Below, piece by piece: positions 1-10,365 of a stretch of DNA of 64,000 nt; within the stretch, counting starts at the first letter, position 1; each line of letters starts with the position of its first letter. Made by a program: the position numbers and the translations under genes. The stretch is taken from contig JAVHQC010000030.1 of NCBI GenBank assembly GCA_036170915.1, forward strand, positions 32,001 through 96,000, given 5' to 3'. Origin of the DNA: Cyanobacteria bacterium auto_48_18. GTDB taxonomy: Bacteria; Cyanobacteriota; Vampirovibrionia; Obscuribacterales; Obscuribacteraceae. The notes beneath the pieces are model-generated. The model made no database searches and was not told where the DNA came from. It saw nothing but the letters and a program-made list of their open reading frames with translations.

Positions 1-1
1 T

Positions 2-79
2 GAACAGAGTACTACCCCTGGGTATCAGCCAAAACAAGAACAAAGACTGCTGCCAAACGCTAAGAGCTTCAGCAATTAG
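2..79 (+). CDS. 3' end of a truncated hypothetical protein (…EQSTTPGYQPKQEQRLLPNAKSFSN*), probable paralog of the next ORF
   Basis: Own translation: open frame from base 2 to TAG at 77-79; C-terminus matches that of ORF 112-408. Confidence 0.6.
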   Translation, partial: EQSTTPGYQPKQEQRLLPNAKSFSN

Positions 80-111
80 ATCGCACATTTTCTACCAGGG
101 GATAGCGGCAT

Positions 112-408
112 ATGGAAATGGAAATAGAAAAAGAGAATGCCAGTGAAGTCGAGAAAAATACTGCGGATGAAAAGGAATATGGTCACGCAAGAAAACTATT
201 TGACGATATTTACCAGTCACCGACTGATTTTCCACGAATATCGGCACCTGAGCCGACAATACGCGTGACATGTGACGCGCTTGGTAACGGCCTCAAAGAT
301 CCTGGATTCGGCCTAACCTTCAAAAAGAACAGTCAGTTTCTCGACTTCGACCTGCCAGTAAAACCAGACCAAATCCAGCTGCCAAATTTCAAAGCTTTCA
401 GCAATTAG
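112..408 (+). CDS. Hypothetical acidic protein, 98 aa
   Basis: ATG with upstream AGGGGA; C-terminus LPNFKAFSN shared with the upstream partial ORF. Confidence 0.6.
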   Translation: MEMEIEKENASEVEKNTADEKEYGHARKLFDDIYQSPTDFPRISAPEPTIRVTCDALGNGLKDPGFGLTFKKNSQFLDFDLPVKPDQIQLPNFKAFSN

Positions 409-1081
409 ATCTAAGCCTGTAACCAACTTTTGGTATGTTTTCGATCAAAGATTGGCTATCTTCGTTACCGTCATCAATTTTTTTGCGAATGCGTTTGATG
501 GCGGTGCGAAGCCCTTCAGGACTGGCGTCTGAGTCAGAGACCCAGACTCTGGAAATTAGTGCTTCAGCACTAAAAACTTGATCTTTATGTCGCATAAGAA
601 ATTCTAAAAGGGCAAAGTCACGAGGCAAGAGGTGTAACTCATTGCCATTTCGCAGAACTCGATACTTCACTGAATCAAGCTCGATGTCGCCGACCTTGAG
701 AACAGCAGAATTAATCAGAGCAGGTCGCCTCAACAAAGCTCTAATGCGCGCGCCTAACTCCTTAATATCAAACGGTTTAGTCAAATAATCATCAGCTCCC
801 AGGTCCAGGCCTGTTTGCTTATCAGACGTAGCCGCTTTGCCGGTAAGCATAATTACGGGCGCAGCGCCTCCACCGTCGCGGTATTCTCGCAAGATTTCAA
901 TGCCAGAACGGTTGGGTAAATCCCAGTCTAGAACCACCACATCATAGTTTGACAGCCGCAACAGATCTGCAGCAAAAGCACCATCATGGGCCACTTCGAC
1001 AGTAAATCGCTCGCTGGTGAGCCAACCTGACACCATATCGGCCAGGTCAATATCATCCTCAGCTATCAAAATTTTAGCCAT
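398..1081 (-). CDS. OmpR/PhoB-family response regulator
   Basis: Receiver motifs AEDD, LDWDLP, MLT, GADDYLTKPF; winged-helix end IENIPKVGYRL; start trimmed to ATG of MAKIL. Confidence 0.95.
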   Translation of the reverse strand: MAKILIAEDDIDLADMVSGWLTSERFTVEVAHDGAFAADLLRLSNYDVVVLDWDLPNRSGIEILREYRDGGGAAPVIMLTGKAATSDKQTGLDLGADDYLTKPFDIKELGARIRALLRRPALINSAVLKVGDIELDSVKYRVLRNGNELHLLPRDFALLEFLMRHKDQVFSAEALISRVWVSDSDASPEGLRTAIKRIRKKIDDGNEDSQSLIENIPKVGYRLRSNC

Positions 1082-1167
1082 GCTCACAGCTTACTAGCAA
1101 GATACTGTTTAAACCAAAGGTAAATATAGCAAGTTTTACCACCCTTGCTGGTGGGGATAAACACTCT

Positions 1168-2988
1168 ATGCTCGGCTCAGTCACTCTCAGATCAAAAATA
1201 CTTATTCTCATTTCAGTTCCGCTGATTTTAGAACTTGCTCTTCTAGGAACAGTTGCATACCTGCAAAATCAAGCAGAAGATGAGGCAAAACGCGCCGAGT
1301 ACTCTCGGCGTATTGCTGATGAAGTGATTGATTTAACTCGTGACTTTGTTTCAGTGAAAGTCTATTTTGGCGAAGAAGATTCACTGGAGCCAAACCCAAA
1401 TTTGGGATTGGAATACAAAAAATTGGCAGACAGCATCGAGAGGCACTTTGAAAATTTGAAAGTACTGACTCGAGACAAACCTGAGCTTTCGAAGTCATTG
1501 AACAGTGCACTTGACTCACTGCGGCAAACTTAGCAGCTGCTCAAAGAAACTCGACGCCACTACCGCTCCTCACTGCACCACGGCGCGGTTGATCGACTGA
1601 CGCTCTGGGCGCAACTGCGCAAAGTTTCTATCAGACTATCAAACGAATTGCTCAATCTGGGCGACGCCGGTAAAGCTGTTGCCGATGCCAGTCCTGAAAA
1701 TCAAAGACGTTTTAGAGAACAAGTACAACTTGTCTTGATTTGTGGTGGAGTAGCAAACATTTTATTGACATTGCTGTTAGGAAATATACTGGCACGCAGC
1801 ATTGCCAATCGATTAATGACAGTGAACGATAACAGCGTTCGTCTGGCACTTGATAGACCTCTTAATCAACCAGTAGCAGGCAATGACGAAATCGCTCATC
1901 TCGACAAAGTCTTTCACAGAATGGCCGATCAATTGAGAGAAGCATCGCGCAGAGAAAAAGCCATTCTTGAAAATGCCAGCGATTGTATTTGCACTTTTGA
2001 TTCCGGACTGAAATTTATCACCGCCAATCCCTCATGTGAAGACTTTTTTGCTTTGACACCAGAGCAAATTATCTCTACATACTTGCTCGACTATCTCAGT
2101 CATGAAGATAATGAAAAAGCGATTGCATTTATAAACAAAATCAAGCAAGGCCTGACTCCAAACGCGCTACCCATAGCCATAAATCGAGCTGACGGAGAGG
2201 TCAGGGAAGTGCTCTGGTCAGCTCAACAAGCACCTCAGGAAGAGAAGCAAGACCAAGGCGAAATTTTCAGTATTTTTCACGATGTCACTGAGCTTCGTAC
2301 TGCCGAACGTTTAAAACAAGAGGTGGTGGCAATGGTAACGCACGACTTACGTACGCCACTAACCACGGTGCGAAACTATCTACAGTTTTTGAGCGACGGC
2401 CTCTATGGTGACCCAGGCGAGAAAGCCAGACAATATTTGCCGGGCGCGCAACGCAGCAGTGAACGCATGATGCGGCTTATAGGTGACCTTCTCGACATCG
2501 AAAAAATTAATTCGAACATGATGGATCTGAACAAGAGCAAAGTTTCAGTGCAAAAAGTCTTCGAAAATACCATTGAACAATCGGCGAGTTTTGCCTACGA
2601 GCTTGGTGTAAAACTAAAAATTGAGCCAGCGAATCTTTTTGTTGAGGCCGATCAAGAGATGCTGCTAAGAATTTTAGCCAACCTGGTATCAAACGCTATC
2701 AAGTTTTCACCCAAGGACGGCACTGTCACTCTATCAGCAAAGAGCACTGGCCAGGTCGTTACTCTGTCAGTTACAAATCAAGGACAAGGCCTGGCACCAG
2801 ATGAGCTCGAGCGGGTTTTCGACAGGTTTCATCAGGCTCCCAATCAAACAGCTCGAACGAGCGGTGGCTCAGGCCTTGGTCTAGCAATCTGCAAAGCGCT
2901 GGTTAGCCTTCATGGTGGAAAAATATGGGCCGAATCAAATCTGACTGAAGGTACCCAGTTTCATTTTGAAATGCCGGCAGCAGCTTGA
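1168..2988 (+). pseudogene. Membrane sensor histidine kinase (TM-sensor-TM-HAMP-PAS-HisKA-HATPase) interrupted by one in-frame TAG at 1531-1533
   Basis: ORFs 1168-1533 and 1648-2988 are in the same frame and 1534-1647 is stop-free; motifs THDLRTPL, NLVSNAIKFS, GSGLGLAI; divergent from the response regulator. Confidence 0.85.
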
Positions 2989-3038
2989 TTTATTTGGATC
3001 TCACAACTATTTCACGTGTTTAGGAGTAAATTGATCCT

Positions 3039-3941
3039 ATGGCAATTCAAGAAGCACAGCGTCAGACTGATCAGGTTGAGAAACCTAAAGCCGCCCCGGA
3101 AGGTCAACTAGACTTCCCGGGCTACAAAATTGACGGTAAAGGCGGCACAGCTTTCGACGGCAATACTGCACAAGCCAACAAAGCCCACGAGAAGCTTGGT
3201 TTTCCCTCCACCGACGAAAATCTCAAGACTTTGCAGATGGCTCAGTTCCAGAGCAAAGACATCAAAGACGCTTTAGATAAGACTACGGCAGGCTCAGATC
3301 AGCCTAAACCCCGAGTGATGCTCGACGTCTTCAACTATGGCGCCTCGCCCGGATACGCTCAGGACGTGGCTAACGGTATTTCCAGCCTGCCTGAAAAAGT
3401 GGCGCAAGAATTGAAAGACAAAGGCATTCGCGTCAATGTATACAAAGACATCCACGCATACGACAGGGCCATGGGTACAAACAAAGCTGGTCAGAAAGTA
3501 TTCGGCAAAAGCACCAGTTTAGATGCCCCAGCGTTCTTCGACAGCGGTGCTAAACCACCACACATTGCCGTTTTCGAAAATTTAGGCGACGGCACTCCGG
3601 TTAAATCTTTTGCCAACACCGACCACGGTGGGCTTGCGCGCCACGAAGCCGGTCACGCCTATAGCTACCTGCGTGGTTTTGCCACCGTGAACGATCCAAA
3701 ATTCCAGGCCGCCATGGGCAAAGACGTGGACAATCTCACTCCCGCTCAGACCAAGCAATTGATGCAGGAAGTCAAACCAGGTGGGCCCATGGCCTATTAC
3801 CTGGGCCAGGCGAGTAAAGAAGAGTTCTATGCCGAAGCCTTCGCAGTCGCTACCGGTCGCGGCAGTGACAAACGGGCAGCCGCTCGCATTACACAGCTGT
3901 TTCCTAATACACTAAATTATTTGCGCGATTCGACAAAGTAA
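3039..3941 (+). CDS. Zinc metallopeptidase-like protein (anthrax lethal factor/Pro-Pro endopeptidase-like)
   Basis: HEAGH (HExxH) plus downstream EEFYAEAF and C-terminal FPNT; no signal peptide. Confidence 0.7.
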   Translation: MAIQEAQRQTDQVEKPKAAPEGQLDFPGYKIDGKGGTAFDGNTAQANKAHEKLGFPSTDENLKTLQMAQFQSKDIKDALDKTTAGSDQPKPRVMLDVFNYGASPGYAQDVANGISSLPEKVAQELKDKGIRVNVYKDIHAYDRAMGTNKAGQKVFGKSTSLDAPAFFDSGAKPPHIAVFENLGDGTPVKSFANTDHGGLARHEAGHAYSYLRGFATVNDPKFQAAMGKDVDNLTPAQTKQLMQEVKPGGPMAYYLGQASKEEFYAEAFAVATGRGSDKRAAARITQLFPNTLNYLRDSTK

Positions 3942-4519
3942 TGCTGAAATCTTGCCAGGCTGCCTGGTCGACTCTGTATTTGAAACTAAAGCGTATACGT
4001 TTTAGTTTTTTAGCAATGCTTCTGGTATCGGTTTTGATGTCTATGCTGATAGTGGCATGGAGACCCGCTGAAGTGGCCCATGCTTCAGAACCTCACCGCT
4101 CGACGACAACAAGCATTACTCGTGAAGCCGACAAACCTCTCACTTTCGAAAAAGTGAAACAGCGGGCGGGGCATTCAAATCGCAGATACAAGGCTGTGGC
4201 TGCACCACGGCCAACATGGATGTGGAACCTCTGGGGAATGAATAAAAGCCAGCTTGAGCGGAAGTTTCCCACTCCTCAATTTAGCCATAATGCTGACTAT
4301 TCGCAAATTCGTTGGCGCGGCACTGACATTTCGTCGGTGCTGGATATTCAGTTCGTCAATGAGAAAGTTGACAAAATTCGCTATACAACACACTACGGTT
4401 ATCCTCGGCCTGGCACCAAGAGCAATGTGGAAATCAGCCCCTGGATGAGCAAGCCCGCGTCCCATGTGCGCGCAGTGCCATCCATTAAAGCCTTCAAAGA
4501 ACAACTCAAACAGCACTAA
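3941..4519 (+). CDS. Hypothetical membrane-anchored/secreted basic protein
   Basis: TAATG overlap with the upstream gene; hydrophobic segment FSFLAMLLVSVLMSMLIVAW. Confidence 0.65.
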   Translation: MLKSCQAAWSTLYLKLKRIRFSFLAMLLVSVLMSMLIVAWRPAEVAHASEPHRSTTTSITREADKPLTFEKVKQRAGHSNRRYKAVAAPRPTWMWNLWGMNKSQLERKFPTPQFSHNADYSQIRWRGTDISSVLDIQFVNEKVDKIRYTTHYGYPRPGTKSNVEISPWMSKPASHVRAVPSIKAFKEQLKQH

Positions 4520-4521
4520 TT

Positions 4522-6987
4522 TTATTGTCCTGAATTAGCCCCATGAGTGGCAATGGCACTAGCACCAGTGGCAGTGCGCGCTCTTTGTGCGGCGTAAGAG
4601 AGAATCGCTTCCACCTGACTCAAATAATTGGCGATATATTGAGCACGGAAACCACGCTGAATGAAAGCCTCGAGCCTGAGCCACTCTTTAACGGTTGAGT
4701 GCAGGGCAGTAACGTCTTTTAAGACACTATCAATTTCATCTGGTTTCGGATTTGACGGCAGGCCGTGCAATGCTTTTTGAACGGCATCAAGTTGATTGAC
4801 CACATCATTGGTGCTGGCGGTATCAGACATGATGCGTTTTTTGGGATCTTGCAAATAGCGATTTACCATGGTGGAAAAATCATCGAACAAAATGCGACTG
4901 GCTTTAACCGGATCAGCCTGTGGAGTCATCACCGTAGGCCGTCTATATGGGCCAACCTTGAGCATGTTGACCTTTTTGTCGTCCAGGTGAGCTACGGCAA
5001 ACATGGTGGTGCCGAGGGTACCAATCATACGAGAGGTATCAAGCTGCTCCACTAATCCGGCAGTGTCTAGTTGTCTAATTGACAAACCAGGATAGGAGAG
5101 CGCTTTGTCGGCGGTGGATTCTTTGACGAAACCGGCGGCGTCATTGAGTTCTTTGGCGGTGCCGACATAAGTCATCGGGTTGAGAGTATCAACCCAGCCG
5201 TTGGCCACCCAGACTTCCCATTCCTGCTGAATAGCATTCATGCGCATGCGTTTAGGCATGCCGTAAACAGCTGCTGATATGCGAATGCCTGGTTTTGCCG
5301 CGCGCAATTCTTCAGAAATTTCTTTGACGAAACTGCTGATGATATTGGCTTTCCAATGTATCCACATGGTTCTGGTTTCTTCGTCCATGCGATCGAGCGA
5401 CATGCCGGTTTCGCGCTCAAACTTCTGCCTGGAGAGCCAGTTAAAGCCTAGCTCAGAACCTTTATTGTTAAACGGATAACGAATGTAATCTAGTTGAATA
5501 CCATCAACGGGATAACGATTAACCACCTCTGATACCAGTTTTTTCACATAGTTGCGGCATTCAGGGTTGGACGGATCAATCCAGTATTCAAATTGTCTTG
5601 GGGGCAGAAGTGAGCCTGTCTGAGTCGCCAGTGCCCAGGCAAAATCGTGAGACGACAAAACCGGACCAGGATAGTCTGCTTCTTTGCCCACAATAGGATT
5701 ATGCTTGGCATTGCCTACGCTAAATGTCCAGAACCAGGCATGAAATTCCATGCCTCTCTTTTTAGCTTCAGAGAGAGCAGAACCCAACGGATCCCAGCCA
5801 CTGGTCTCAGGATTCTGCGTTGCCATTTTTGAGGGATACATGGTGAAGCCGGCATTATTGGTTTCGAAGTAAACCACATTGATACCGGCAGTTTTCAATT
5901 TATCGAATAGTTGAGACATACCTTTGGCACCACGGGTGGCGACAATGGTTCCTCTATCAAGCCAGACCGAACGCGCTTCCACAGGCCGAACCGGCATTGA
6001 TTGAGCGAAAGCCATGGCAAATTCCTGCCGGGCCTTCTGCAAATTTTCATCGGCTTCTAAAAATTTGCGATCGCTGTAAGCTTGTTGAAAAGCTTTGACG
6101 TGCGCAGTGGCGGCATCATAATCGCTTTGAATGGTTTTAAGCGGCACTGAAAATTCCGCTTGCTTAGCGGTTTTCATCGCTTCTTCAGTACGCTTGGCTA
6201 GATAATAAAGCTCGGCTGAAATAGTTTGATAATCAGCAAAGCTTATTTGCACTGCTGCTGCTTGAGTGATACCAGGCGACAACTCGTCTAAGGCCTGCGA
6301 AATTAGAGTGGCATTGCTTGAAACTTCGCCTTGCACCCCTGGTGCCCAACCCATAAAAATGACATTGCCGGCGCGAGCAATACCAACACCTTGCGTCTGC
6401 CCACCGGCGTCTTGCCACGAAGCAATGCTGGTACCGTTTGGTGAAAGAGCCAATTGCGAAACCACCGTAGCAATAGCAAATTCGGCAGTCACAGGATTAA
6501 GATTGGCAGAACGCCAGACCAACTTATTTACTTCTTTCAACGTCGCTTGCTTCGACGAGGCCACACCGGCCAGCGCCGAAAGAGAAACTGCACCAGCACC
6601 AGGCACACCAGCCCCATCAGTAATTAGAAGCTTACCGCCGCCGCGAGCAAAGTCAGTCAGGGCCGCAACTTCGGCAGCAGGCAAATCGACAAGTAGTGGC
6701 ACCACAATCACTTTGAAGCCAGATAGTTTTGCTACACCAGCATCAACATCGCTGTCACTCAATTCGTCAAATCGCACATTGGCACCATCAAGCGCCTTTT
6801 TGAAAATCTTGTAGTCTTCATCATAGGTGCCGATATGCTGATCTTGATAAACGGCACCATTACGTGCGCTTTTGAGCACCGCTACAGGAGACGCCGCCCA
6901 GGCCGGCACCATTGAGGTCAGTTGAATCAAAAACTGTAAGAAAGCCAGTGCCAACCAGGAGAGAGTCACAGTTTTCGATCTTGCCAT
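4522..6987 (-). CDS. Secreted glycoside hydrolase-like family 10 (GHL10/DUF187, YddW-like) with N-terminal accessory domain
   Basis: Signal peptide; EARSVWLD, GMEFHAW, VDGIQLDYIRYP, QEWEVW…PMTY motifs. Confidence 0.85.
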   Translation of the reverse strand: MARSKTVTLSWLALAFLQFLIQLTSMVPAWAASPVAVLKSARNGAVYQDQHIGTYDEDYKIFKKALDGANVRFDELSDSDVDAGVAKLSGFKVIVVPLLVDLPAAEVAALTDFARGGGKLLITDGAGVPGAGAVSLSALAGVASSKQATLKEVNKLVWRSANLNPVTAEFAIATVVSQLALSPNGTSIASWQDAGGQTQGVGIARAGNVIFMGWAPGVQGEVSSNATLISQALDELSPGITQAAAVQISFADYQTISAELYYLAKRTEEAMKTAKQAEFSVPLKTIQSDYDAATAHVKAFQQAYSDRKFLEADENLQKARQEFAMAFAQSMPVRPVEARSVWLDRGTIVATRGAKGMSQLFDKLKTAGINVVYFETNNAGFTMYPSKMATQNPETSGWDPLGSALSEAKKRGMEFHAWFWTFSVGNAKHNPIVGKEADYPGPVLSSHDFAWALATQTGSLLPPRQFEYWIDPSNPECRNYVKKLVSEVVNRYPVDGIQLDYIRYPFNNKGSELGFNWLSRQKFERETGMSLDRMDEETRTMWIHWKANIISSFVKEISEELRAAKPGIRISAAVYGMPKRMRMNAIQQEWEVWVANGWVDTLNPMTYVGTAKELNDAAGFVKESTADKALSYPGLSIRQLDTAGLVEQLDTSRMIGTLGTTMFAVAHLDDKKVNMLKVGPYRRPTVMTPQADPVKASRILFDDFSTMVNRYLQDPKKRIMSDTASTNDVVNQLDAVQKALHGLPSNPKPDEIDSVLKDVTALHSTVKEWLRLEAFIQRGFRAQYIANYLSQVEAILSYAAQRARTATGASAIATHGANSGQ

Positions 6988-7081
6988 TGTGCTTCGCGGT
7001 CCTCAGAATTGAATGTTTAATCAGTGGTAGTAGTAGTAACAGTATTAATAGTAGTGAAAATTTTGATTTGAAAAAAAATAG

Positions 7082-7624
7082 TTAGTTGCTGTTATTGCGT
7101 GCTTTGGTCAATCGATCGAGATCCCGTTTAGTTTCTTTTTTAGCTATATTTTCTCGTTTGTCGTACAGCTTGCGTCCCTTAGCCAGTGCGAGATCTACCT
7201 TAACCAAATGACCTTTGAAATATAGTTTGAGCGGAATCAATGCCAGCCCTTTTTCTTGCATGTTTGATTTCAATTTGAGAATTTGTTTTTTATGCACCAG
7301 TAGTCGGCGCTTGCGCAGGGGCTCATGATTAAAGCGATTGCCAAAATCGTAAGGTGATATATGACAGTTATATAGGTAGAGATCGCCGTCTTCTACCTTA
7401 ACGAAAGCGTCGGCTAAATTAGCCTTGCCGGCTCGAATCGATTTGACTTCGGTGCCGACTAAGCTGATTCCGGCTTCGAGTGTGTCGATGATTTCGTAAT
7501 CGTGCCGCGCACGACGATTGTCGGCCACTGTTTTGAAAAATGGCTTATCGTCTTTTTTGTCTGCTTTTTTAGCTGTCTGCTTATTTGGCTGAGCAGATTT
7601 GGTGGGCTTATTGAGATTGGTCAT
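7082..7624 (-). CDS. smpB: SsrA-binding protein SmpB
   Basis: NRRARHDY, EAGISLVGTEVKSIR, RKLYDKRE. Confidence 0.97.
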   Translation of the reverse strand: MTNLNKPTKSAQPNKQTAKKADKKDDKPFFKTVADNRRARHDYEIIDTLEAGISLVGTEVKSIRAGKANLADAFVKVEDGDLYLYNCHISPYDFGNRFNHEPLRKRRLLVHKKQILKLKSNMQEKGLALIPLKLYFKGHLVKVDLALAKGRKLYDKRENIAKKETKRDLDRLTKARNNSN

Positions 7625-7788
7625 GGTGAGTAAGAGAAGTTTGCACGGCTCAGTATAGCCCGCGGCGCCTCAACATATCTAGTCAGACGGCACCACCACA
7701 CGATTCTAGAAGTCAGAGGGAAGCCAGCGCCGCAGGCCGCTTGGCAAGCGTGGTATCATCTTTAGTGAAGTCAGATTAACTAAGCCCC

Positions 7789-8883
7789 ATGATCAAAATT
7801 CAACCGCTATTTGCCACAGAATCGACTCAGGTACGCGCTCTCTTGCGCTACCAGGACGAACCTGTGCCATATGAGAGTTTTTGCGCCGAAGACCGCTATC
7901 TAATTACTGGTCTGACTTTCTGGCAGCACTGGCTGCCATGCCACTGGCATATTTCCCCATCTGTTTATGTAGCTAAAGAAGACGGTCTGGTGCTGGGAAT
8001 GATTTCGCTGCATCCCATTGGCAAATCGAAAAATTGCTGGCAGGTAGATCATCTGGTGGTGCATCCCAATCACCGCGGCCGCGGAATTGCCCAAGAGCTT
8101 TTGCGTTTTGCCTTCGCCTTGTTCGGCAGTCAGGGCATCAGTCATTTCGTAGCAGAAGCTTCCGATCAAAATTCAGGTGCGCTCAATCTTCTGGCTAGTT
8201 GCGGCTTCAGACGTTCTGCCCGCATTACCCACTATCAGGTGCCTTCAGATCTAAAGAGCGCCGACGATGACAGTATCGACAGCCTCGGCTCATCTGGCAC
8301 TTTCCGCCTGGCTGAACCAGAAGATCAAACCAGCCTCTATCAATTGCATCAAGACGTACTGCCTGCCGACATCAGATTGACATTTCAGTATGTGCCGGAA
8401 GATTTTTACATTTTCCCTTTAAAGGTTGAGAGTTTAGACAAACTGGCCAGAAGGCTAATAAGGCGTAAAAGTTGGTTTTGGGTTTCCTGTGATCCCGAGC
8501 GTAAAGTGATTACTTCATCGTGTAGGGTCACTGCTCACCGCGAAGGCGACTATCACCTGGAATTTGCTGTGCATCCAGGCTGGTCGCACACATCTAAAGA
8601 TCTGGTCAATTTCGTTCTGTCGATTATGCGCCGGGCCGGCATGAAGGGCATGGTGATTGCCAAAGCCTATGACTACCAGACTTCTGTGATTGAGGCTTTA
8701 GAAGAAGCAGGGCTGGAGCGGGCCGGACACTTCTCACTTTTAACGCGAGACCACTGGCTACGGGCTAAGACACCAGCTAAGAGACTTACTCTCGAGCGCA
8801 CGGTCAGTTTGAATCCGCTAGGCGGCAAACCGGCTATTAATCTGCCCATGGGCACTTTTGAGGCGCCCACCCTTAATAACTAG
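7789..8883 (+). CDS. GNAT-family N-acetyltransferase (two GNAT-like domains)
   Basis: Acetyl-CoA motif VHPNHRGRGIA, NSGALNLLASCGF; second VHPGW motif. Confidence 0.8.
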   Translation: MIKIQPLFATESTQVRALLRYQDEPVPYESFCAEDRYLITGLTFWQHWLPCHWHISPSVYVAKEDGLVLGMISLHPIGKSKNCWQVDHLVVHPNHRGRGIAQELLRFAFALFGSQGISHFVAEASDQNSGALNLLASCGFRRSARITHYQVPSDLKSADDDSIDSLGSSGTFRLAEPEDQTSLYQLHQDVLPADIRLTFQYVPEDFYIFPLKVESLDKLARRLIRRKSWFWVSCDPERKVITSSCRVTAHREGDYHLEFAVHPGWSHTSKDLVNFVLSIMRRAGMKGMVIAKAYDYQTSVIEALEEAGLERAGHFSLLTRDHWLRAKTPAKRLTLERTVSLNPLGGKPAINLPMGTFEAPTLNN

Positions 8884-9140
8884 AAAAAACTTCCACAGCC
8901 GACTGTGGGGCGATGGCAGCTAGTTGTTATATGCGCTTAAGCTTTTGCGCCATTTTTCCCCTGATTTGTCTAAGAATTCGATCATTTGGCATTTGCTTTG
9001 TAAAGGATTTACGAAAGTCTTCAGTATCAGCCCTGCTCATCTGATAATCTGAAAACTTGCCGATACTTATGGCTGAGGGAAGCTTGCTTGCCCATGTCAT
9101 GTTGTCGGGTAATTTAGTCGTAGTTCTTAGGAGTGCAGTG

Positions 9141-9548
9141 GTGCCTACCATCAATCAGTTGATCAGACGCGAAAGAAGCAAGGTGACTTACAAAACCAAG
9201 TCTCCAGCGCTCAAATCTTGCCCTCAGAGAAGGGGCGTTTGCACCCAGGTGAAGACCACTACACCTAAAAAGCCAAACTCGGCTCTGCGCAAAATCGCCA
9301 GAGTACGTTTGACGAACGGCATTGAAATCACCGCCTACATTCCAGGCGTTGGCCACAACCTTCAAGAGCACTCAGTTGTGCTTGTTAGAGGCGGCCGGGT
9401 GAAGGATCTTCCAGGCGTTCGCTATCACATCGTCAGAGGCGCCCTCGACACAGCCGGCGTTAAAGACCGCAAGCAGAGCCGCTCTAAGTACGGCGCTAAG
9501 CGTCCTAAGCCAGGCGCTCCAGCAGCAGCTGCCGGTAAGAAAAAGTAA
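9141..9548 (+). CDS. rpsL: 30S ribosomal protein S12
   Basis: [31 protein letters not shown] start at 9141 with AGGAG at 9129-9133. Confidence 0.98.
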   Translation: MPTINQLIRRERSKVTYKTKSPALKSCPQRRGVCTQVKTTTPKKPNSALRKIARVRLTNGIEITAYIPGVGHNLQEHSVVLVRGGRVKDLPGVRYHIVRGALDTAGVKDRKQSRSKYGAKRPKPGAPAAAAGKKK

Positions 9549-9576
9549 TCGCTTCTAATACATAGGAAAGTTAAGA

Positions 9577-10047
9577 ATGTCTCGCAGAAAGCAAGCAGAT
9601 AAAAGAATCACCGTAGCTGATCCTGTTTTCAACAGTCAGCAGGTTTCTCGCTTCGTCAACAGAATGATGCAACGCGGCAAGCGTAGTACCGCTCAGAGTC
9701 TCTTCTACGATGCTCTTCAAATTCTCAAAGATCGCACTAAGCAAGAGCCTCTTGATGTTTTCAACAAAGCCGTTAAGAACGTCACTCCATTAGTTGAAGT
9801 AAAAGCTCGTCGCGTAGGCGGCTCTACTTATCAGGTTCCTGTTGAAGTGAAGTCTTCTCGTGGTTTCGCTTTAGCCTCACAATGGCTGATTGCTAACAGC
9901 CGCAAGCGTCCAGGTCGTACATTTGCAGAGCGTTTGTCTGCTGAACTGGTTGATGCCAGCAACGGCACCGGCGCATCAGTGAAGAAACGGGATGAGACAC
10001 ACAAAATGGCTGAAGCCAACAAAGCTTTCGCTCATTACCGCTACTAA
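9577..10047 (+). CDS. rpsG: 30S ribosomal protein S7
   Basis: RRVGGSTYQVP, HKMAEANKAFAHYR. Confidence 0.98.
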   Translation: MSRRKQADKRITVADPVFNSQQVSRFVNRMMQRGKRSTAQSLFYDALQILKDRTKQEPLDVFNKAVKNVTPLVEVKARRVGGSTYQVPVEVKSSRGFALASQWLIANSRKRPGRTFAERLSAELVDASNGTGASVKKRDETHKMAEANKAFAHYRY

Positions 10048-10088
10048 TTTTATTCAAAACCACTGTCGGTCGCAGTCTTATTGAATCG

Positions 10089-10124
10089 AAAACGCTTCGA
10101 CTTTCTCGGTCGAGGCGTTTTTAT
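10089..10124 (+). terminator. Putative intrinsic terminator between rpsG and fusA
   Basis: AAAACGCTTCGAC-7 nt-GTCGAGGCGTTTT followed by TATT. Confidence 0.65.
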
Positions 10125-10365
10125 TCAGAGTGCTGAACCGTTAACGGTTGAGTGAAAAAGTAAAGTTTGTAACGAATGCACAGGCAATTCTGAAGATCTT
10201 TATGAAGGATATAAAGATGGCCGGACATCAGGTGGTAACCTAAATTTGGTCTTTCCAAGCAGTGGGCAGCGCTGATCGTCCACCATTTAAATAGAGAAAG
10301 ATTGTCAACACCATCAATTGAGCAGCGCAAGAAAGTACCCAGCTAGTTATATTTGGAAGGTTCAA

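Noticed and set aside
1531..1533. Genome-wide TAG recoding (pyrrolysine or alternative code)
   Set aside because: TAG is the evident stop of several conserved genes here (e.g. smpB-adjacent GNAT at 8881-8883, Rieske, IctB), and no pyl genes are present.
7021..7058. AGT/TAG-rich microsatellite-like stretch
   Set aside because: Short, imperfect and intergenic; no support for phase variation.
9057..9140. 28-aa N-terminal extension on S12 in the ORF track
   Set aside because: The conserved start PTINQL follows GTG 9141, which has its own AGGAG RBS; the extension is an ORF-calling artefact.
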